A DNA stretch of 64,000 nt from Pelomyxa schiedti. Taxonomy: Eukaryota; Protista; Evosea. The notes under the pieces are model-generated. The model did not search any database, was not told the DNA's origin, and saw only the letters and a program-made list of their open reading frames with translations. Where the stretch lies: the NCBI GenBank assembly GCA_020536535.1, contig JAHLWZ010000151.1:1-64000 (forward strand), read 5' to 3'. Made by a program: the position numbers and the translations under genes. Below are positions 62,017-64,000 of this stretch, one piece after another; position 1 is the stretch's first letter; each line of letters begins with the position of its first letter.

Positions 62017-64000
62017 TCAGGTTTTCTTGCTGGTGGATGATCTTCCAGGCAGTCTGAAACCAGAAAAACCTTTGCCAGAAGTGCCTAAGGAGGTGGATGT
62101 CTGTGACTTGGGAAGCAGTCCAAAGCCTGCTCCTGAGTGTTTGCGGGGTTTGGTGGGAATAAGGGTTGGGGATTTGCTACTACCGCTGGATTCCGGTGGG
62201 GAATTCTGTGTGGGCATGTCGGGATGTAGTAACTGTTGCTGCTGTATTTCTTGTTGTTGATGTAGTGGGGGTGGTGGGATTGCTATGGGTGAATGTTGGG
62301 GAGCGGTTGGGGGAAGGATGTCACGTGGGATAGGGGGTGGTATATAACAGGAAACGGGAGGTGGTATTTCAGAGACGAAAGGAGGTTCTATATCACATGG
62401 TATTGGCGGGGGTATGTCAGTGGGTGTTATGTCGAGTGACGGTGGTGGTGGTGGGGGTACTATGGAGATGGAAGGAGGAGGAAGTTCGGCCTCGGCCTCA
62501 ACTTGGGGTGGGATTTCGGGAGAGGTTGGAGGGGGACCTGGTGGTGGTCTGAGTGTGACGGAAGGTGCTGTAGGTTGTACTGGGGGCGGGCAAATGTCAT
62601 CTGTTGGTGGATATTGCGGTAGTTCTATTTCCGATGCGAGGGGAGGGGGGTGATAGGAAAAATCTGGGGGTGTGCTGATTTCTTCATGGGGAGGTGGAAC
62701 TACAATATCGGGGGGTGGCTTTTGATGAAGTGGAGGACTAGGGGGCAGCAATCCCTCTACGCTGGTTACTTCACTCTTTCGAAGGAACATGCTTCCCACA
62801 AGATCATCAATGGAAACATCTGTACAAGGGCTTGGGGGTGGTTAGTGTCACTAAAATCTGGTGTTTTTGGTACGAGCCTGATTGGTGTAAACGGGGGTAC
62901 ATCCAAATCCAATTCAAAACCAAAATCGCCCATAAGGTCAGAAAGACTTGCGGGTGGTGAAGTGGAAGTGGTGCTGGTGTCAAATGAATTGCGTGGAAAG
63001 CGCGTTGCTTGCGAAGTCTCTGTTGGAAACGGGGGAATGTCTTCATTCAAGCTTGGAGTTGGAGGGAGGCTAGGAGGGCTTTGCATCGGGGGAGATAACG
63101 GAGGAGTAACATAATTTGTACTGCCCTGTTGGTGGGTTTCAATTCCTGGGACTTGAATTTGAGGCCAATTTGAGTACGAGAAGGGTTCCACTCTGGGAAT
63201 ATCGGGTGTAGCTACATATTTAAAGAATAGTGTAGACAAAAACTGAGGCTTGTAAGAAAAAGCTTCTTTGAAGGGGGATACTTGTTTTTCTTTTTCTGCA
63301 GCTACGAGTCGATCTGCAAGCTCCTCACTATCCCTGTGAAAGATGTGAAATAATGATCAGGGAAACCCAGCACGACGTACTGTGAGCGGAAGAAGCAGGT
63401 GGCAAAAATTGCTGCAATGCTATCTCGGGACATGGAAGTCTATTCATTTAAATGAAACATATTGCTAAAGGATGCATACAGCTTCTTCAGCTTCCGGAGT
63501 GCAGAAGTTTTGAACGAAAGTGATTAAATAGCCTATTGTGATCCTGTTGACCTCGGGAAGTTGCCCCAGAATGGAAAGGGGATCCTGTGCCTCCAGACAT
63601 AAGGTACTTGGGATATTTTATGATCAAGTTGTGATTGAGAAGAATGTACTAGAGATTTGCGGGGATGATTGGCTCAGGCAATGCCCTAAGCCAGAGCTTC
63701 AGTAAGGCAGCGCAGGTGTGAACATCAGATGGGGCTGGGTAAATTCCCTTATTGAGGTTTGATTTCGAGGTCTCAATCTCACTCACAGTGCCAGATATAC
63801 GAAAGATGCAGGGGGCTTTTAGTCCTATCATAAATGAGAACTTATTTTGTGTCACATTTCATCATACCGCCCAAAAATAAAATACTTTCACAACAGTACT
63901 TGACCAATAGAGGTATTTTTACAGGTCTGAGGAAATTAGCATTCTGTCTGGCGACAACATCTTCAAGGGGAACATGGAATATGGCGTTTGAGTTCTTTTT
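62017..64000 (-). CDS. RhoGAP-domain protein with long Pro-rich tail; 5' end lies outside the window
   Basis: CIFRISG (Arg finger), DVHTCAALLKLWLRALPEPIIP, LGQLPEVNR, TSMSRDSIAAIFATCFFR. The 3' end is approximate. Confidence 0.88.

Overview
Gene-dense eukaryotic DNA with many short (roughly 35-100 nt) spliceosomal introns. Gene content (Dd-STAT-type STAT, Krs/Hippo kinase, G-beta, CFAP97-like) points to Amoebozoa, plausibly a flagellated archamoeba such as Pelomyxa (inference only). About 20 genes and several relics can be read. Three things stand out. (1) A C5 DNA methyltransferase has the BAH plus embedded-chromodomain architecture and motif signature of plant chromomethylases (24027-26805, minus), and genes in this window tend to have CpG-rich 5' ends and CpG-poor bodies. 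(2) A 21-kb stretch carries an intronless bacterial-style NRPS A-T end, an acyltransferase-3 gene, an intronless KS-AT-ACP PKS module and a convergent, frameshifted, intron-containing PKS. (3) Unusual kinases are present: Sel1 repeats fused to a PINK1-like kinase, and a SAM-tyrosine kinase-ZZ protein. There is also a perfect 108-bp inverted duplication inside a p24 gene and a 100-N assembly gap at 44954-45053. Spliced models were assembled by eye, so exon boundaries are approximate and all family calls rest on recalled motifs, not database searches.
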